Part shown: piece by piece, positions 39,950 through 50,136 of the stretch | Position numbering within the stretch: the first letter of the stretch is position 1 | Layout: each line of letters starts with the position of its first letter | Source of the DNA: an uncultured bacterium | GTDB lineage: Bacteria > Hydrothermota > UBA3073 > NMUJ01 > CBEVQO01 | Assembly: GCA_965552055.1 (NCBI GenBank) | Contig: CBEVQO010000003.1 | Coordinates: 160,001 to 224,000 of the forward strand | Length of the DNA stretch: 64,000 bases | Reading direction: 5' to 3' | Made by a program: the position numbers and the translations under genes | Notes under the pieces: model-generated | Databases searched by the model: none | Told to the model about the DNA's origin: nothing | What the model saw: only the letters and a program-made list of their open reading frames with translations

Positions 39950-42900
39950 ATGAGGCGTGTTGCTTTATTATTTTTTATTTTAACAGGGACAGCTTTCGCA
40001 AAGATATGGGTTGTAGATACCACAGGTGCAGAAGGTGAGAAATTACAAGCTGCTATTGATTCAGCATGGGCAAACCCGGGCATTGATACAGTGCTCCTAA
40101 AAGATGGAACTTATCATCTTGGAGGAGTAAATGGAGATACTGGTTTGATAATGCGTGATTCTGTTGTGCTTATGAGTGAAAATGGAGCTCAAAAATGCAC
40201 GCTAACTGCTGCATCAGAAGATGGCACAGATACTGCATGGCATGTCATCTATTGCAGTGGATGGGATACCGCATCGCATGCAGCACTAATAAGGGGCTTC
40301 ACCATAAAAGATGGCGCTGCATGGGGTGCTTCTCCTCATGATCGCGGTGGTGGAATCTACATCGACTCTGCATCACCTACAATAGATTCGTGCATAATCA
40401 CAAACAATTTTGCTTGGGCTAGCGGTGCAGGAATTTACATTCTTGACCATTCTTCACCCATATTATCAGGCAACACAATCACAGACAATATTGGCGGCGT
40501 TGGCGGCGGAATTTACATTCATGTCTATTCTTCACCCACATTGAAAGGCAACACAATCACAAACAATTCTGCTGCTTTGGATGGTGGAGGTATCCACATT
40601 ACTGACTATTCTTCACCCATATTAATAGGTAACACAATTACAAACAATTCTGCTGCTAATGGTGGCGGAATTTACATTCATGACCATTCTTCACCCACAT
40701 TGGAAGGCAACACAATCACAAACAATTCTGCTGATGATGATGGTGGCGGAATTTACATTGCTTACTCTTGTTCACCCACATTATCAGGCAACACAATTAC
40801 AGACAATTCTGCTAATGATGAAGGTGGTGGAATTTCCATTCGTTCTTTTTGTTCACCCACATTATCAAGCAACACAATCATAAACAATTCTGCTAATTAT
40901 GGTGGCGGAATTTTCATTTGGTACTATTCTTCACCTACATTGGAATGCAACACAATCACAAACAATTCTGCTAATTGGGGTGGTGGAATTTACATTTATG
41001 ACCATTCTTCGCCTACATTATCCGGCAACACAATCACAAATAATTATGCTAATTATGGTGGCGGAATTTGTATTTATAAATATTGCTCTGCAAAGCTAAC
41101 AAAATGTGTAATCTGTATGAACAAAAGCAAATCAGGCGGTGTAATATATGATACTCTTAATTCAAGAATTATAATTGATAGCTCATTCATCGCGGACAAT
41201 GAAGGGCTCGCTTATATTGCATCGGATGCAGATTCAGGGGTGACATTCAGGCTTACACAGAGTCACATTTACTATAACACTTTTCAACTGGATACAGAAA
41301 TCAACAACCTATCGAGTGTGACGATAAATCTTGAGAATAATTTCTGGTGGGATAAAACATTTAGCGAAATATCTGCAAAAATAAAAGGTAACGCTGATTT
41401 TTATCCATGGCTGGATGATTTTATTTTAGAAGGTGTACCAGCTGAGCCTGTGGGCGTTTATTCTTTAAAGAATTATGACAGAGATTTTCTTACAATTATT
41501 GACTCAGTTGGCGAAGGAGATACACTTTATATAAAACTTACTGGATATGACAGGAATCCTGATTTGCGCGAACTCGCAATAGTAATTTTGAAATCAAGCG
41601 TTTATCCACAGGGAATAGCGGTTGGACTCATTGAAACAGATACAAATTCTGGAGTTTATGAAGGCAAAGCTTATGTTCTGGAAAGCACAGGTAATGATAC
41701 TATAAGAACTGACGATATAAATCAAATAATACGGGTTGATCCGATAGGTGATGAGATAATACTTCAAAGCAATATTGATACCACAAAGAAGTTCTTTGTT
41801 AAGTACAAAGGAGGACTTCAACCTGATATTGTGCTTTCGGATACTGTCCATGATTTTGGCTCATGTTCACCCTACGACACGATTGACTGGCAAATGTGGG
41901 TAAAGAATGCAGGTAATACAAATCTTGTAATTGATAGCGTTAGATTAGAGGCACCTTTTGCGATAGTTTCACCAACTTTGCCAGAAACAATATCACTCAG
42001 TGATAGTTCAGAATTCACAATAAGGTTTAATCCACAAGATATAGGTGATTTCTTCGATACAATGGAAATTTACTCGAATGACCCTGATGAGCCTGTTGCA
42101 AAAATATATCTTTCTGGAAAAGTACTCGCATCCAATATTATACTTTCGGATACAATACATGATTTTGGTATATGTTCACCTTATGACACAATAGATTGGA
42201 AAGTGTGGGTAAAAAATACGGGTAACGAAACTCTATCGGTTGACAGTGTCAAAGTAAATCTGCCTTTTAAATTAATTTCGCCTTCATTGTCCCAAATCAT
42301 ATTGCCAAGTGATAGCACAGAGTTTACAATAAGATTTAATCCACAGGATACGGGCAGTTTCTTTGATACTATGAAAATTTACTCGGATGACCCTAATAAA
42401 CCCGTTGCGAAAATATATCTTTCAGGAAGAGCAGTTATACCCAATATTGTTCTCTCGGATACTTTGCACGATTTTGATTCATGTTTCCTTTATGGCACAA
42501 TATATTGGAAAATGAAAGTATGGAATAAAGGTAACATAGACCTCATAATTGATAGTGTAAAGGTAAATTCGCCTTTCTTTGTAACTTCACCTTCATTCCC
42601 CCAGACCATACAGCCTGATGGTAGTTTAGAGCTCACAATCTGCTTCAATCCTCAGGATACGGGCAATTTTGTTGACACCATGAAAATTTACTCAAATGAC
42701 CCGGATGAACCTGTTGCAAAAGTGGTATTAATCGCATCATGCGTGGGATTGCAGGAGATGTTGCCAAAGACATTCAAAGTAAACAATACGCCAAATCCAT
42801 TCAGCAACTTCACAAAAATAAAATATCAATTGCCAGAAGAAGAAAAAGTAAGAATTGAAATAATAGATATAACAGGAAGATTGATAAAAGTATTGGTTGA

Positions 42901-43042
42901 TGAAAAGAAATCACCGGGATTTCATTCTGTAACATGGAAAGGTGAAGACGCCAGAGGCAAAAATGTTCCACCTGGAATCTACTTCTATCTCATAAAAGCA
43001 GGCAAAAATAGAGCGATTAAGAAAATGATAAAATTGAAATAA
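39950..43042 (+). CDS. Secreted parallel beta-helix repeat protein with three Ig-like (ASH/choice-of-anchor D-like) domains and FlgD/T9SS-type CTD
   Basis: Signal peptide ending AFA; GGGIxI..SSP.L.GNTITNNSA repeats; IYSNDPDEP repeats; PNPF...DITGR...W.G.D..G..V..GIYFY. Confidence 0.88.
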   Translation: MRRVALLFFILTGTAFAKIWVVDTTGAEGEKLQAAIDSAWANPGIDTVLLKDGTYHLGGVNGDTGLIMRDSVVLMSENGAQKCTLTAASEDGTDTAWHVIYCSGWDTASHAALIRGFTIKDGAAWGASPHDRGGGIYIDSASPTIDSCIITNNFAWASGAGIYILDHSSPILSGNTITDNIGGVGGGIYIHVYSSPTLKGNTITNNSAALDGGGIHITDYSSPILIGNTITNNSAANGGGIYIHDHSSPTLEGNTITNNSADDDGGGIYIAYSCSPTLSGNTITDNSANDEGGGISIRSFCSPTLSSNTIINNSANYGGGIFIWYYSSPTLECNTITNNSANWGGGIYIYDHSSPTLSGNTITNNYANYGGGICIYKYCSAKLTKCVICMNKSKSGGVIYDTLNSRIIIDSSFIADNEGLAYIASDADSGVTFRLTQSHIYYNTFQLDTEINNLSSVTINLENNFWWDKTFSEISAKIKGNADFYPWLDDFILEGVPAEPVGVYSLKNYDRDFLTIIDSVGEGDTLYIKLTGYDRNPDLRELAIVILKSSVYPQGIAVGLIETDTNSGVYEGKAYVLESTGNDTIRTDDINQIIRVDPIGDEIILQSNIDTTKKFFVKYKGGLQPDIVLSDTVHDFGSCSPYDTIDWQMWVKNAGNTNLVIDSVRLEAPFAIVSPTLPETISLSDSSEFTIRFNPQDIGDFFDTMEIYSNDPDEPVAKIYLSGKVLASNIILSDTIHDFGICSPYDTIDWKVWVKNTGNETLSVDSVKVNLPFKLISPSLSQIILPSDSTEFTIRFNPQDTGSFFDTMKIYSDDPNKPVAKIYLSGRAVIPNIVLSDTLHDFDSCFLYGTIYWKMKVWNKGNIDLIIDSVKVNSPFFVTSPSFPQTIQPDGSLELTICFNPQDTGNFVDTMKIYSNDPDEPVAKVVLIASCVGLQEMLPKTFKVNNTPNPFSNFTKIKYQLPEEEKVRIEIIDITGRLIKVLVDEKKSPGFHSVTWKGEDARGKNVPPGIYFYLIKAGKNRAIKKMIKLK
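40346..41090 (+). repeat. Intragenic tandem repeats of 78/81 nt (8 well-conserved units plus flanking degenerate units)
   Basis: Unit starts 40346, 40424, 40502, 40583, 40661, 40742, 40823, 40901, 40979, 41057. Confidence 0.95.
41822..42748 (+). repeat. Three tandem 309-nt Ig-like domain repeats
   Basis: Units at 41822, 42131 and 42440 (LSDT.HDF...IYS.DP..PVAK). Confidence 0.9.
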
Positions 43043-43051
43043 TTTATTCAC

Positions 43052-43078
43052 TTGACAAACTGAATTTTTGAATATTTT
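43052..43078 (+). promoter_or_regulatory. Putative promoter TTGACA-N15-TATTTT (activase)
   Basis: ATG 43086 lies 7 nt after the -10 box. Confidence 0.65.
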
Positions 43079-43085
43079 TATTGTC

Positions 43086-46000
43086 ATGTATGTCGGGATT
43101 GATGTAGGTTCTGTTAGTGTGAAGACGGTTATACTCGATAAAGACAAAAAGATAGTAAAGGTACTGCCATACACAAGGCATTATGGTGAGCCAGTGAAGA
43201 TTGTTAAAAAACATCTCGAAGAAATTGAAAAAGAATTTCCAGTTGTTGACAGCGTTAGAGTGACTGGGGCAGGAGGAAAGCTTCTTTCACATCTTCTCGG
43301 TGTGCCTTTTGTAAACGAACTACCAGCGCAAACCGAAGCAGCAAGAGAATATTATCCACATGCAAAATGCATAATTGATATTGGGGGAGAGGACTCTAAA
43401 TTTATAGATATCGAAAAAGAAGATTTTGCGATGAACGAGCTGTGTGCTGCAGGAACAGGTGCTTTTCTTGACCAGCAGGCATCACGAATGGGCTATACAA
43501 TTGAGGAATTCGCAGAAGTATCCCTTAAATCCAAAAATCCACCAAGAATAGCAGGAAGATGCACTGTATTTGCCAAAACCGATATGATTCATCTACAGCA
43601 GGAAGCAACGCCTGATTATGACATAATCGCAGGATTGCACTTTGCTCTCGCACGCAACTTCAAATCTGAAATAGCAAAAGGAAGAAAAATAAGACCGCCT
43701 GTGCTTTTCCATGGAGGCGTGGCATTTAATAAAGGGATGGTGCATGCATTCCGTAAGGAACTCGGCTTGAAAGAAGATGAACTTATAGTGCCAGAGTATT
43801 GTGCGTGGATGTGTGCAATTGGAACAGCTATCATCGCAATTAAAGAAGGAGAAAAGAAAGAAATCAAAATAAAAGATTTAATCGAAAGATTGGAAAAGTA
43901 TTTGAGAGATTACAAAGTAGAATGGAAATCCCTGCCAAAATTATCACTTGAGCAATCAAAAATTTTATGGTATCACAGAAAGGAACATAAATTTAAAGAA
44001 GGAGAAAAAGTAGATGCATATATCGGAATAGATGTAGGTTCCACATCCACAAAAGTTGCAGCAATTGATGAAAATGGAAATTTACTTGGTGAAGTTTATC
44101 TATGGACATCCGGAAGACCCATAGAAGCAGTAAGAGAGTGTTTGAGAATTTTAAATGAGAAAATAGGAAAATACATAAATGTAAAAGGAGCAGGCACAAC
44201 AGGTTCTGGAAGATATCTAACGGGCGATATAATAGGGGCTGATGTTGTTGTAAATGAGATAACTGCACAGGCAAGGGCAGCGGTACACATTGACCCTTAT
44301 GTTGACACAATATTTGAGATAGGGGGACAGGATTCGAAATACATCTCTATTGAGAATGGTGTAATCGTTGATTTTGAGATGAACAAAGTTTGTGCTGCTG
44401 GAACCGGCTCTTTCTTACAGGAGCAGGCAGAGCGCTTAAATGTAAAAATTGAAGATTTTGGAGATATTGCTTTGCGGGCAGAAAAACCATGTGACCTCGG
44501 AGAAAGATGCACAGTTTTTATGGAAACAAATTTGACACAATATCAAAGAAAAGGTGTGTCAAAAGAAAACCTGATTGCAGGCTTATGCTATTCCATAGCG
44601 AAAAATTATTTAACGCAGGTAGTAGGTAAAAAGCGAATAGGCAATCGCATACTGTTTCAGGGTGCGGTAGCATTTAATAAGGGAGTAGTAGCTGCTTTTG
44701 AAAAAATCCTTGGCAAACCCATAATAGTGCCAGAAAATCCACATGTAACCGGTGCAATGGGTGCTGCAATGTGTGCAATGGAAAAAGTAAAAGAAAAAGG
44801 AAAAACAAGATTCAGAGGATTTGATAAAATCGTAAATATGAAATATGAACAAAAAACATTCATCTGCAAAGGCTGTCCGAATCACTGTGAGATAAAACAG
44901 GTAAAAATCGAAGGCGAAGATGTACCTCTTTATTATGGTGCGAGATGCGAAAAATATGAATTTAAAAAAGAAAAGAAAAAATTAGGAGAAGATTTACCCG
45001 ACCTTTTTGCAGAAAGAGAAAAATATCTGCTGGAAGCGTATGAAAAAGCACAAGAAGTTGAAGGTCCAAAAGTTGGCATTCCCTATGCCTCTCTTTTCCA
45101 CGAATATTTGCCTTTCTGGGCGACATTTCTGGCAGAACTTGGCTTTAAGCCTGTACTTTCTGATAGAACAAATAAAAAGATAATGCACCAGGGGGCTGCT
45201 TCTGCAAACGCAGAATTTTGCTTCCCAATTAAACTTGTAATAGGGCATGTAATAAATCTTCTTGAGAAAAATGTAGATTTTCTATTTTTGCCGAGTATAA
45301 TTGATACACATCCACCAAAAGGAGCAAAAAGAAGTTATATCTGTCCATACAATCAGGAGATACCTCATATAATAATGGCAGCTCTAAGACCAAAAGTAAA
45401 AATTTTAAATCCAGTAGTGTATTTCAGGAATCAAAAAGCACTTTTTAGAAGTTTAGTGGAATTTGGAAGAGAAATCGGAAAAGATGAAGCACTTATAAAA
45501 CGGGCGATTAGAAAAGCACAAAAAGCACAGGAGGAATTCTGGAGAAAGATAAAAGAAAGAGGAAGGGAAATTTTAAGCACATTAAAAGGAAATGCACTTG
45601 TAATCGTTGGAAGGTCTTACAATACCTGTGACCGCATGGCAAATCTTGATATACCCAAGATTTTAAGGGAAAGAGGTCAAATGGTAATTCCGATGGATTT
45701 CTTACCCGTTGAAGAAATAGATGTTTCGGACTGGCCCAATATGTACTGGACTTATGGCAGGAAAATTCTTGCAGCTGCCCGCCTTATAAGAGATGATGAA
45801 AGATTATTTGCAGTTTACTTAACAAATTTTGGATGTGGACCTGATTCATTTATACATCAATATGTTAGAAAAGAACTCGGTGGTAAACCTTTCTTACAGA
45901 TAGAGATAGATGAACATTCAGCGCCTGCTGGTGTTATCACACGATGCGAGGCTTTTCTTGATTCCATAAAGAATGCAAAGAAAAAAGGTGAAATTTATAT

Positions 46001-47219
46001 AAAATCTGCACCGAAATATAAAAAATATGAAGGCAGGACGATATATTTGCCGCACATGGGAGATTGTGCGTATGCACTTTGGGCTGCTTTCAGAAAACAT
46101 GGAATACCAGCAGAGATAATAAAATCAGATGACAGGACACTTGAACTCGGCAGGAAATACACATCGGGTAAAGAGTGTTATCCATGTGTTATCACAACAG
46201 GCGATATGCTTAAAACTCTGGAAGAAAATGACCCCAAAAAATGTGCATTCTTCATGTCAACTGCGTATGGACCCTGTCGCTTCGGACAATACTGTCATTT
46301 GCAAAGAATGATTCTTGATGAACTTGGATATAAAGATGTGCCGATTGTATCACCGGGTGCCCCTGAATCACTCGATTTTTATCGCGAGTATGATATGGCA
46401 AATCCAGAAGGTGTTATGACACTTGTAAGAGCATTGCAGGGAGTTGTGGCAATTGATTACCTTTTGAAATTAAGAAGAGAAAAAAGACCCTATGAAGCGA
46501 ATAAAGGTGAAACAGATAGAGTTTATCAAAAATGGTTGATGAAAATCTGTGAGGCAATACAGAAAGGAGGGGTAGGCAAAACACTAAAGCAGGCAGTAGA
46601 AGATTTTAAGAAAATAAAAGTAAAAGATGTAGAAAAGCCAAGAATTGCGATAGTTGGGGAGATTTTTGTTCGCTCACATGAATACAGCAATAACAACATT
46701 GAGAGGAAAGTTGAAGAGATGGGTGGAGAAACCTGTTTTCCGCCTTTTTATGAATGGGGCTTACATACAGCAAATACACGCAGGTTGGATGCAAAAGTTG
46801 ATGGAAATCCATTTCAGGCATTTTTATCTCACTGGACAGAGTTTGCATTAAAATATTTTGAAAAGTCACTCGGTAAATATGTCTGGCATGCTTTAAAATA
46901 TCCAGAAGAAGTTGATATCGAAGAGATATGGGATGCTGCTTCTGATTATTTGATAAGATGGTGGGGCGAACCTGCGTTATCTGTAGGTGATGCTGTAATA
47001 TGGGCACGCAAAGGTGAAATTGATGGTATAATAAACCTTATGCCATTCACATGTATGCCGGGAAATACAACAGCATCGGTATTTAAGAGAGTAAAAGACG
47101 ATTTTAACATCCCTGTACTGGATATTGCATTTGATGGGCTGGAACAGGGCACCCTTGAGCAGCGCCTCGAAGCCTTTATGTATCAGGTAAAGCGCCACAA
47201 AGAGAAGAAATTGAAATAA
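43086..47219 (+). CDS. 2-hydroxyacyl-CoA dehydratase activase-related protein (two ASKHA activase domains, DUF2229, dehydratase-like domain)
   Basis: GIDVGS twice, DIGGEDSK/EIGGQDSK, CAAGTG twice, CKGCPNHC, CFPIK, FGCGPDS, PFTCMPG. Confidence 0.9.
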   Translation: MYVGIDVGSVSVKTVILDKDKKIVKVLPYTRHYGEPVKIVKKHLEEIEKEFPVVDSVRVTGAGGKLLSHLLGVPFVNELPAQTEAAREYYPHAKCIIDIGGEDSKFIDIEKEDFAMNELCAAGTGAFLDQQASRMGYTIEEFAEVSLKSKNPPRIAGRCTVFAKTDMIHLQQEATPDYDIIAGLHFALARNFKSEIAKGRKIRPPVLFHGGVAFNKGMVHAFRKELGLKEDELIVPEYCAWMCAIGTAIIAIKEGEKKEIKIKDLIERLEKYLRDYKVEWKSLPKLSLEQSKILWYHRKEHKFKEGEKVDAYIGIDVGSTSTKVAAIDENGNLLGEVYLWTSGRPIEAVRECLRILNEKIGKYINVKGAGTTGSGRYLTGDIIGADVVVNEITAQARAAVHIDPYVDTIFEIGGQDSKYISIENGVIVDFEMNKVCAAGTGSFLQEQAERLNVKIEDFGDIALRAEKPCDLGERCTVFMETNLTQYQRKGVSKENLIAGLCYSIAKNYLTQVVGKKRIGNRILFQGAVAFNKGVVAAFEKILGKPIIVPENPHVTGAMGAAMCAMEKVKEKGKTRFRGFDKIVNMKYEQKTFICKGCPNHCEIKQVKIEGEDVPLYYGARCEKYEFKKEKKKLGEDLPDLFAEREKYLLEAYEKAQEVEGPKVGIPYASLFHEYLPFWATFLAELGFKPVLSDRTNKKIMHQGAASANAEFCFPIKLVIGHVINLLEKNVDFLFLPSIIDTHPPKGAKRSYICPYNQEIPHIIMAALRPKVKILNPVVYFRNQKALFRSLVEFGREIGKDEALIKRAIRKAQKAQEEFWRKIKERGREILSTLKGNALVIVGRSYNTCDRMANLDIPKILRERGQMVIPMDFLPVEEIDVSDWPNMYWTYGRKILAAARLIRDDERLFAVYLTNFGCGPDSFIHQYVRKELGGKPFLQIEIDEHSAPAGVITRCEAFLDSIKNAKKKGEIYIKSAPKYKKYEGRTIYLPHMGDCAYALWAAFRKHGIPAEIIKSDDRTLELGRKYTSGKECYPCVITTGDMLKTLEENDPKKCAFFMSTAYGPCRFGQYCHLQRMILDELGYKDVPIVSPGAPESLDFYREYDMANPEGVMTLVRALQGVVAIDYLLKLRREKRPYEANKGETDRVYQKWLMKICEAIQKGGVGKTLKQAVEDFKKIKVKDVEKPRIAIVGEIFVRSHEYSNNNIERKVEEMGGETCFPPFYEWGLHTANTRRLDAKVDGNPFQAFLSHWTEFALKYFEKSLGKYVWHALKYPEEVDIEEIWDAASDYLIRWWGEPALSVGDAVIWARKGEIDGIINLMPFTCMPGNTTASVFKRVKDDFNIPVLDIAFDGLEQGTLEQRLEAFMYQVKRHKEKKLK

Positions 47220-47240
47220 AATTTAATTTTTAAAATATTC

Positions 47241-47267
47241 TTGACTTTTTTCCATTTTGAAGATAAT
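47241..47267 (+). promoter_or_regulatory. Putative promoter TTGACT-N15-GATAAT (or N17-TAATAT)
   Basis: Heads the long panB-to-dcw run; ATG 8 nt after GATAAT. Confidence 0.55.
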
Positions 47268-47275
47268 ATAATGAT

Positions 47276-47560
47276 ATGGAAGAGAAAGTTCCACAACCCG
47301 ATTTTTATAGCCTGGTTAACTTTTTTGCATTAATTGCACTTCAACATCTTGGACTTGTCAAAAATCCCATAACAGATAAAGTTGAGAAAAATCTTGAACT
47401 TGCTAAATACACAATCGATACACTTGATTTGATAAAAGAAAAGACAAAAGGTAATCTTACCGAAGATGAGGAAAGATTTTTAGATAACATAATTGCAGAC
47501 CTTAAGATGAATTATGTAAGGATAAAGAATGAAGAGAGTGCAAATCCCCCACCTTCTTGA
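47276..47560 (+). CDS. DUF1844 family protein
   Basis: LG...NP, AKYTIDTL..IKEKTKGNLT.DE...L. Confidence 0.85.
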   Translation: MEEKVPQPDFYSLVNFFALIALQHLGLVKNPITDKVEKNLELAKYTIDTLDLIKEKTKGNLTEDEERFLDNIIADLKMNYVRIKNEESANPPPS

Positions 47561-48332
47561 AAAGAAGAAAAAAGGAGAAAAAGCAGTATTATTAACAGCC
47601 TATGATGCTATAACAGCAGAGATAGAGGATAAAGCAGGTATTGATGTTATCCTCGTGGGAGACTCTGTTGGTATGACGGTACTGGGTTATAGGACAACGC
47701 TTCCTGTTACCGTTGATGAGATGCTTATTTTTTGTAAAGCCGTTCGTTCGCGTGTCAAACATGCACTTGTTATCGCTGATATGCCGTTTTTATCTTATCA
47801 GGTATCTGTGGAAGAAGCTATAAGAAATGCTGGTAGATTTTTAAAAGAAGCAGATTGCGATGGTGTAAAAATTGAAGGCGGAGAAGAAATGCTCGATGTT
47901 ATAAAAAATCTTGTGAGAGTAGGGATTCCTGTTATGGGGCATATTGGTATGACACCTCAGTGGATAAAAGCTTTTGGAGGATATAAAGTGCGTGGCAGAA
48001 CAGAAAAAGAGCGTCAGAAACTTTTAAGAGATGCAAAGTTACTTGAAGAAGCAGGTGTTTTTTCAATAATTTTGGAGTGCGTTTTACCTGACATAGCAAA
48101 AGAAATTTCAGAAAGTTTGGAAATTCCAGTTTATGGAATAGGTTCGGGTCCTTATTGCGATGGTCAAATACTTGTGGTTACGGATATACTTGGGCTTTTT
48201 AAAGAATTTGTCCCCAAATATGTGAAACAATACGAGAATCTCTACGATAAAATTTTTGCTGCTGTGAAAAGATATATCGAAGATGTAAAAACAGGGCGTT
48301 ATCCTTCAAAAGAGCATTGTTATGATAAATGA
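47529..48332 (+). CDS. panB: 3-methyl-2-oxobutanoate hydroxymethyltransferase
   Basis: LTAYD, LVGDS, DMPF, VKIEGG, GHIGMTPQ, DGQILV. Confidence 0.97.
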   Translation: MKRVQIPHLLEKKKKGEKAVLLTAYDAITAEIEDKAGIDVILVGDSVGMTVLGYRTTLPVTVDEMLIFCKAVRSRVKHALVIADMPFLSYQVSVEEAIRNAGRFLKEADCDGVKIEGGEEMLDVIKNLVRVGIPVMGHIGMTPQWIKAFGGYKVRGRTEKERQKLLRDAKLLEEAGVFSIILECVLPDIAKEISESLEIPVYGIGSGPYCDGQILVVTDILGLFKEFVPKYVKQYENLYDKIFAAVKRYIEDVKTGRYPSKEHCYDK

Positions 48333-49227
48333 AATCGATATAATCAGGGATTTAAAAAATATTTTTCCAAAGATTGGCAACGATGCGGCAGATTTTAAAT
48401 TGTCAGGTGATAAAATTCCGATTGCATGTATTGATAGTTATTATGAAGGTGTTCATTTTGAATTTTCTTATTGTCCGCGCGATGTCGTGGGCTACAGGAG
48501 TGTAGCTGCCACTTTGAGCGACATAGCAGCTGTTGGAGGTGTTCCCCGATATATTGCGGTAAGTGTGGGTTTAAGTTCACCCAGGTTTTACAAAGAGATA
48601 ATTGAAGGGATAAAAGAAGCATGCGATAAATTTGGAGTAGAAGTAATTGGTGGTGATACAATTGAGTCACCTCATACTTTTCTAACTATTTGTGCCATTG
48701 GTGAAGCAGAGCGTGTGGTACCACGACAGGGTGCAGAAGCAGGCGATTTAATATGCGTAACAGGAACAATAGGTGATGCTGCTATTAATTTTTCTTATCT
48801 TAAATCTGGTTTTAAACTCGGGAACAAAAATAACAAATTTTTTTATCCTGAACCAAGAATTAAAGAAGGGCAAAAATTGTCCCCCTATGTAACTTCTATG
48901 ATAGATATTTCTGACGGTCTTATAATCGACCTCTGGCGATTACTTTATGAAGGTAAGTTAGGTGCGCAAATTGATATAAAAAATATTCCGATAAAAGAAG
49001 AAAGCATAAAATTATGTGAAGAAATGGGCAGAGATTATTTGAATTTTCAATTGTATGGAGGTGAAGATTATGAATTACTTTTTACGATTAAAGAAGAAAA
49101 TTTACCCAAAATTCGGGATGTAGATTTTAGAGTCATAGGCAGAGTTATTGATAAGAAAGGATTTTTTACAAAGAAATGGCAAAAGATTCATGTAAGGGGA
49201 TATGTTCATTTTAAAAGTGTCAGGTAA
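48322..49227 (+). CDS. thiL: Thiamine-monophosphate kinase
   Basis: IGNDAA, SDIAAVGG, GGDT, DISDGL, GGEDYELLFT. Confidence 0.92.
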   Translation: MINEIDIIRDLKNIFPKIGNDAADFKLSGDKIPIACIDSYYEGVHFEFSYCPRDVVGYRSVAATLSDIAAVGGVPRYIAVSVGLSSPRFYKEIIEGIKEACDKFGVEVIGGDTIESPHTFLTICAIGEAERVVPRQGAEAGDLICVTGTIGDAAINFSYLKSGFKLGNKNNKFFYPEPRIKEGQKLSPYVTSMIDISDGLIIDLWRLLYEGKLGAQIDIKNIPIKEESIKLCEEMGRDYLNFQLYGGEDYELLFTIKEENLPKIRDVDFRVIGRVIDKKGFFTKKWQKIHVRGYVHFKSVR

Positions 49228-50136
49228 ATGTTAGAAATAAGGATAAAAGATAGAGAATTTAAGAATCCGATATTTACGGCATCCGGTACTTTTTCGCCTG
49301 ATTTTAAAGATTATTGCGATACATCTAAAATAGGGGCTATTTTTACAAAAACGATAACATTTAGAGCGAAAGAAGGCAATCCACCCGAAAGGTTGTGGGA
49401 AGTGCCCTGTGGTTTAATAAACTCAATAGGGCTTGATAATCCGGGAGTGGATGAATTTAGGAAAAAAGAATTACCAGAATATTTTTCGCTTAATACCGAT
49501 ATTTTTGTAAGCATTGGAGGCGAGAAGATAGAAGAATTTTGTAAAATTGTTGAAAAATTGGAAGACACTCAAATTGCTGGTTTTGAACTTAATTTATCGT
49601 GTCCAAATGTTGAGAAAGGCAGAGAATTTTGCAAAGATTTAAAAAATCTGGAAAAGTTGTTGAAGGAAGTTAGAAAATTGACTGAAAAGATAATAATTTG
49701 TAAACTAAGTGCGATGGTGAATGACATTTGTGAAGTTGCCAAAGTGTGTGAAGATAATGGTGCAGATGCTTTAACATTGATAAATACTCTGCCTGCCTTT
49801 GCTGTTGATGTGGATACGAAAAGACCTCGTTTGGGCGGGATAACGGGTGGGCTATCCGGACCTGCGATAAAACCCGTGGCATTATGGTGTGTTTATAAAG
49901 TAAGAAAAGTTTGTAAAATTCCAATAATAGGATGTGGGGGAATAACTTCTCTTATGGATGTTCTTGAATATTTAATTTCTGGAGCTACGGCTGTTCAAGT
50001 GGGTACCTATAACTTTGTAAATCACAAAATATGTGAAGATTTGGTTGACAATCTCATATCTTATTTAAAATCAAAAGAGATGAGTTTGAGCGAGTTAATA
50101 GGGAGCATAAATGACAAGGTTAATAATAGCACTTGA
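49228..50136 (+). CDS. pyrD: Dihydroorotate dehydrogenase, family 1 catalytic subunit
   Basis: ASGTF, NSIGLDNPG, ELNLSCPN, INT, GGLSGPAIKP. Confidence 0.95.
   Translation: MLEIRIKDREFKNPIFTASGTFSPDFKDYCDTSKIGAIFTKTITFRAKEGNPPERLWEVPCGLINSIGLDNPGVDEFRKKELPEYFSLNTDIFVSIGGEKIEEFCKIVEKLEDTQIAGFELNLSCPNVEKGREFCKDLKNLEKLLKEVRKLTEKIIICKLSAMVNDICEVAKVCEDNGADALTLINTLPAFAVDVDTKRPRLGGITGGLSGPAIKPVALWCVYKVRKVCKIPIIGCGGITSLMDVLEYLISGATAVQVGTYNFVNHKICEDLVDNLISYLKSKEMSLSELIGSINDKVNNST

Noticed and set aside
40346..41090. Regularly spaced repeats as a possible CRISPR array
   Set aside because: Units are 78/81 nt, in frame within a long CDS, the variable parts are homologous codons, and there are no cas genes.
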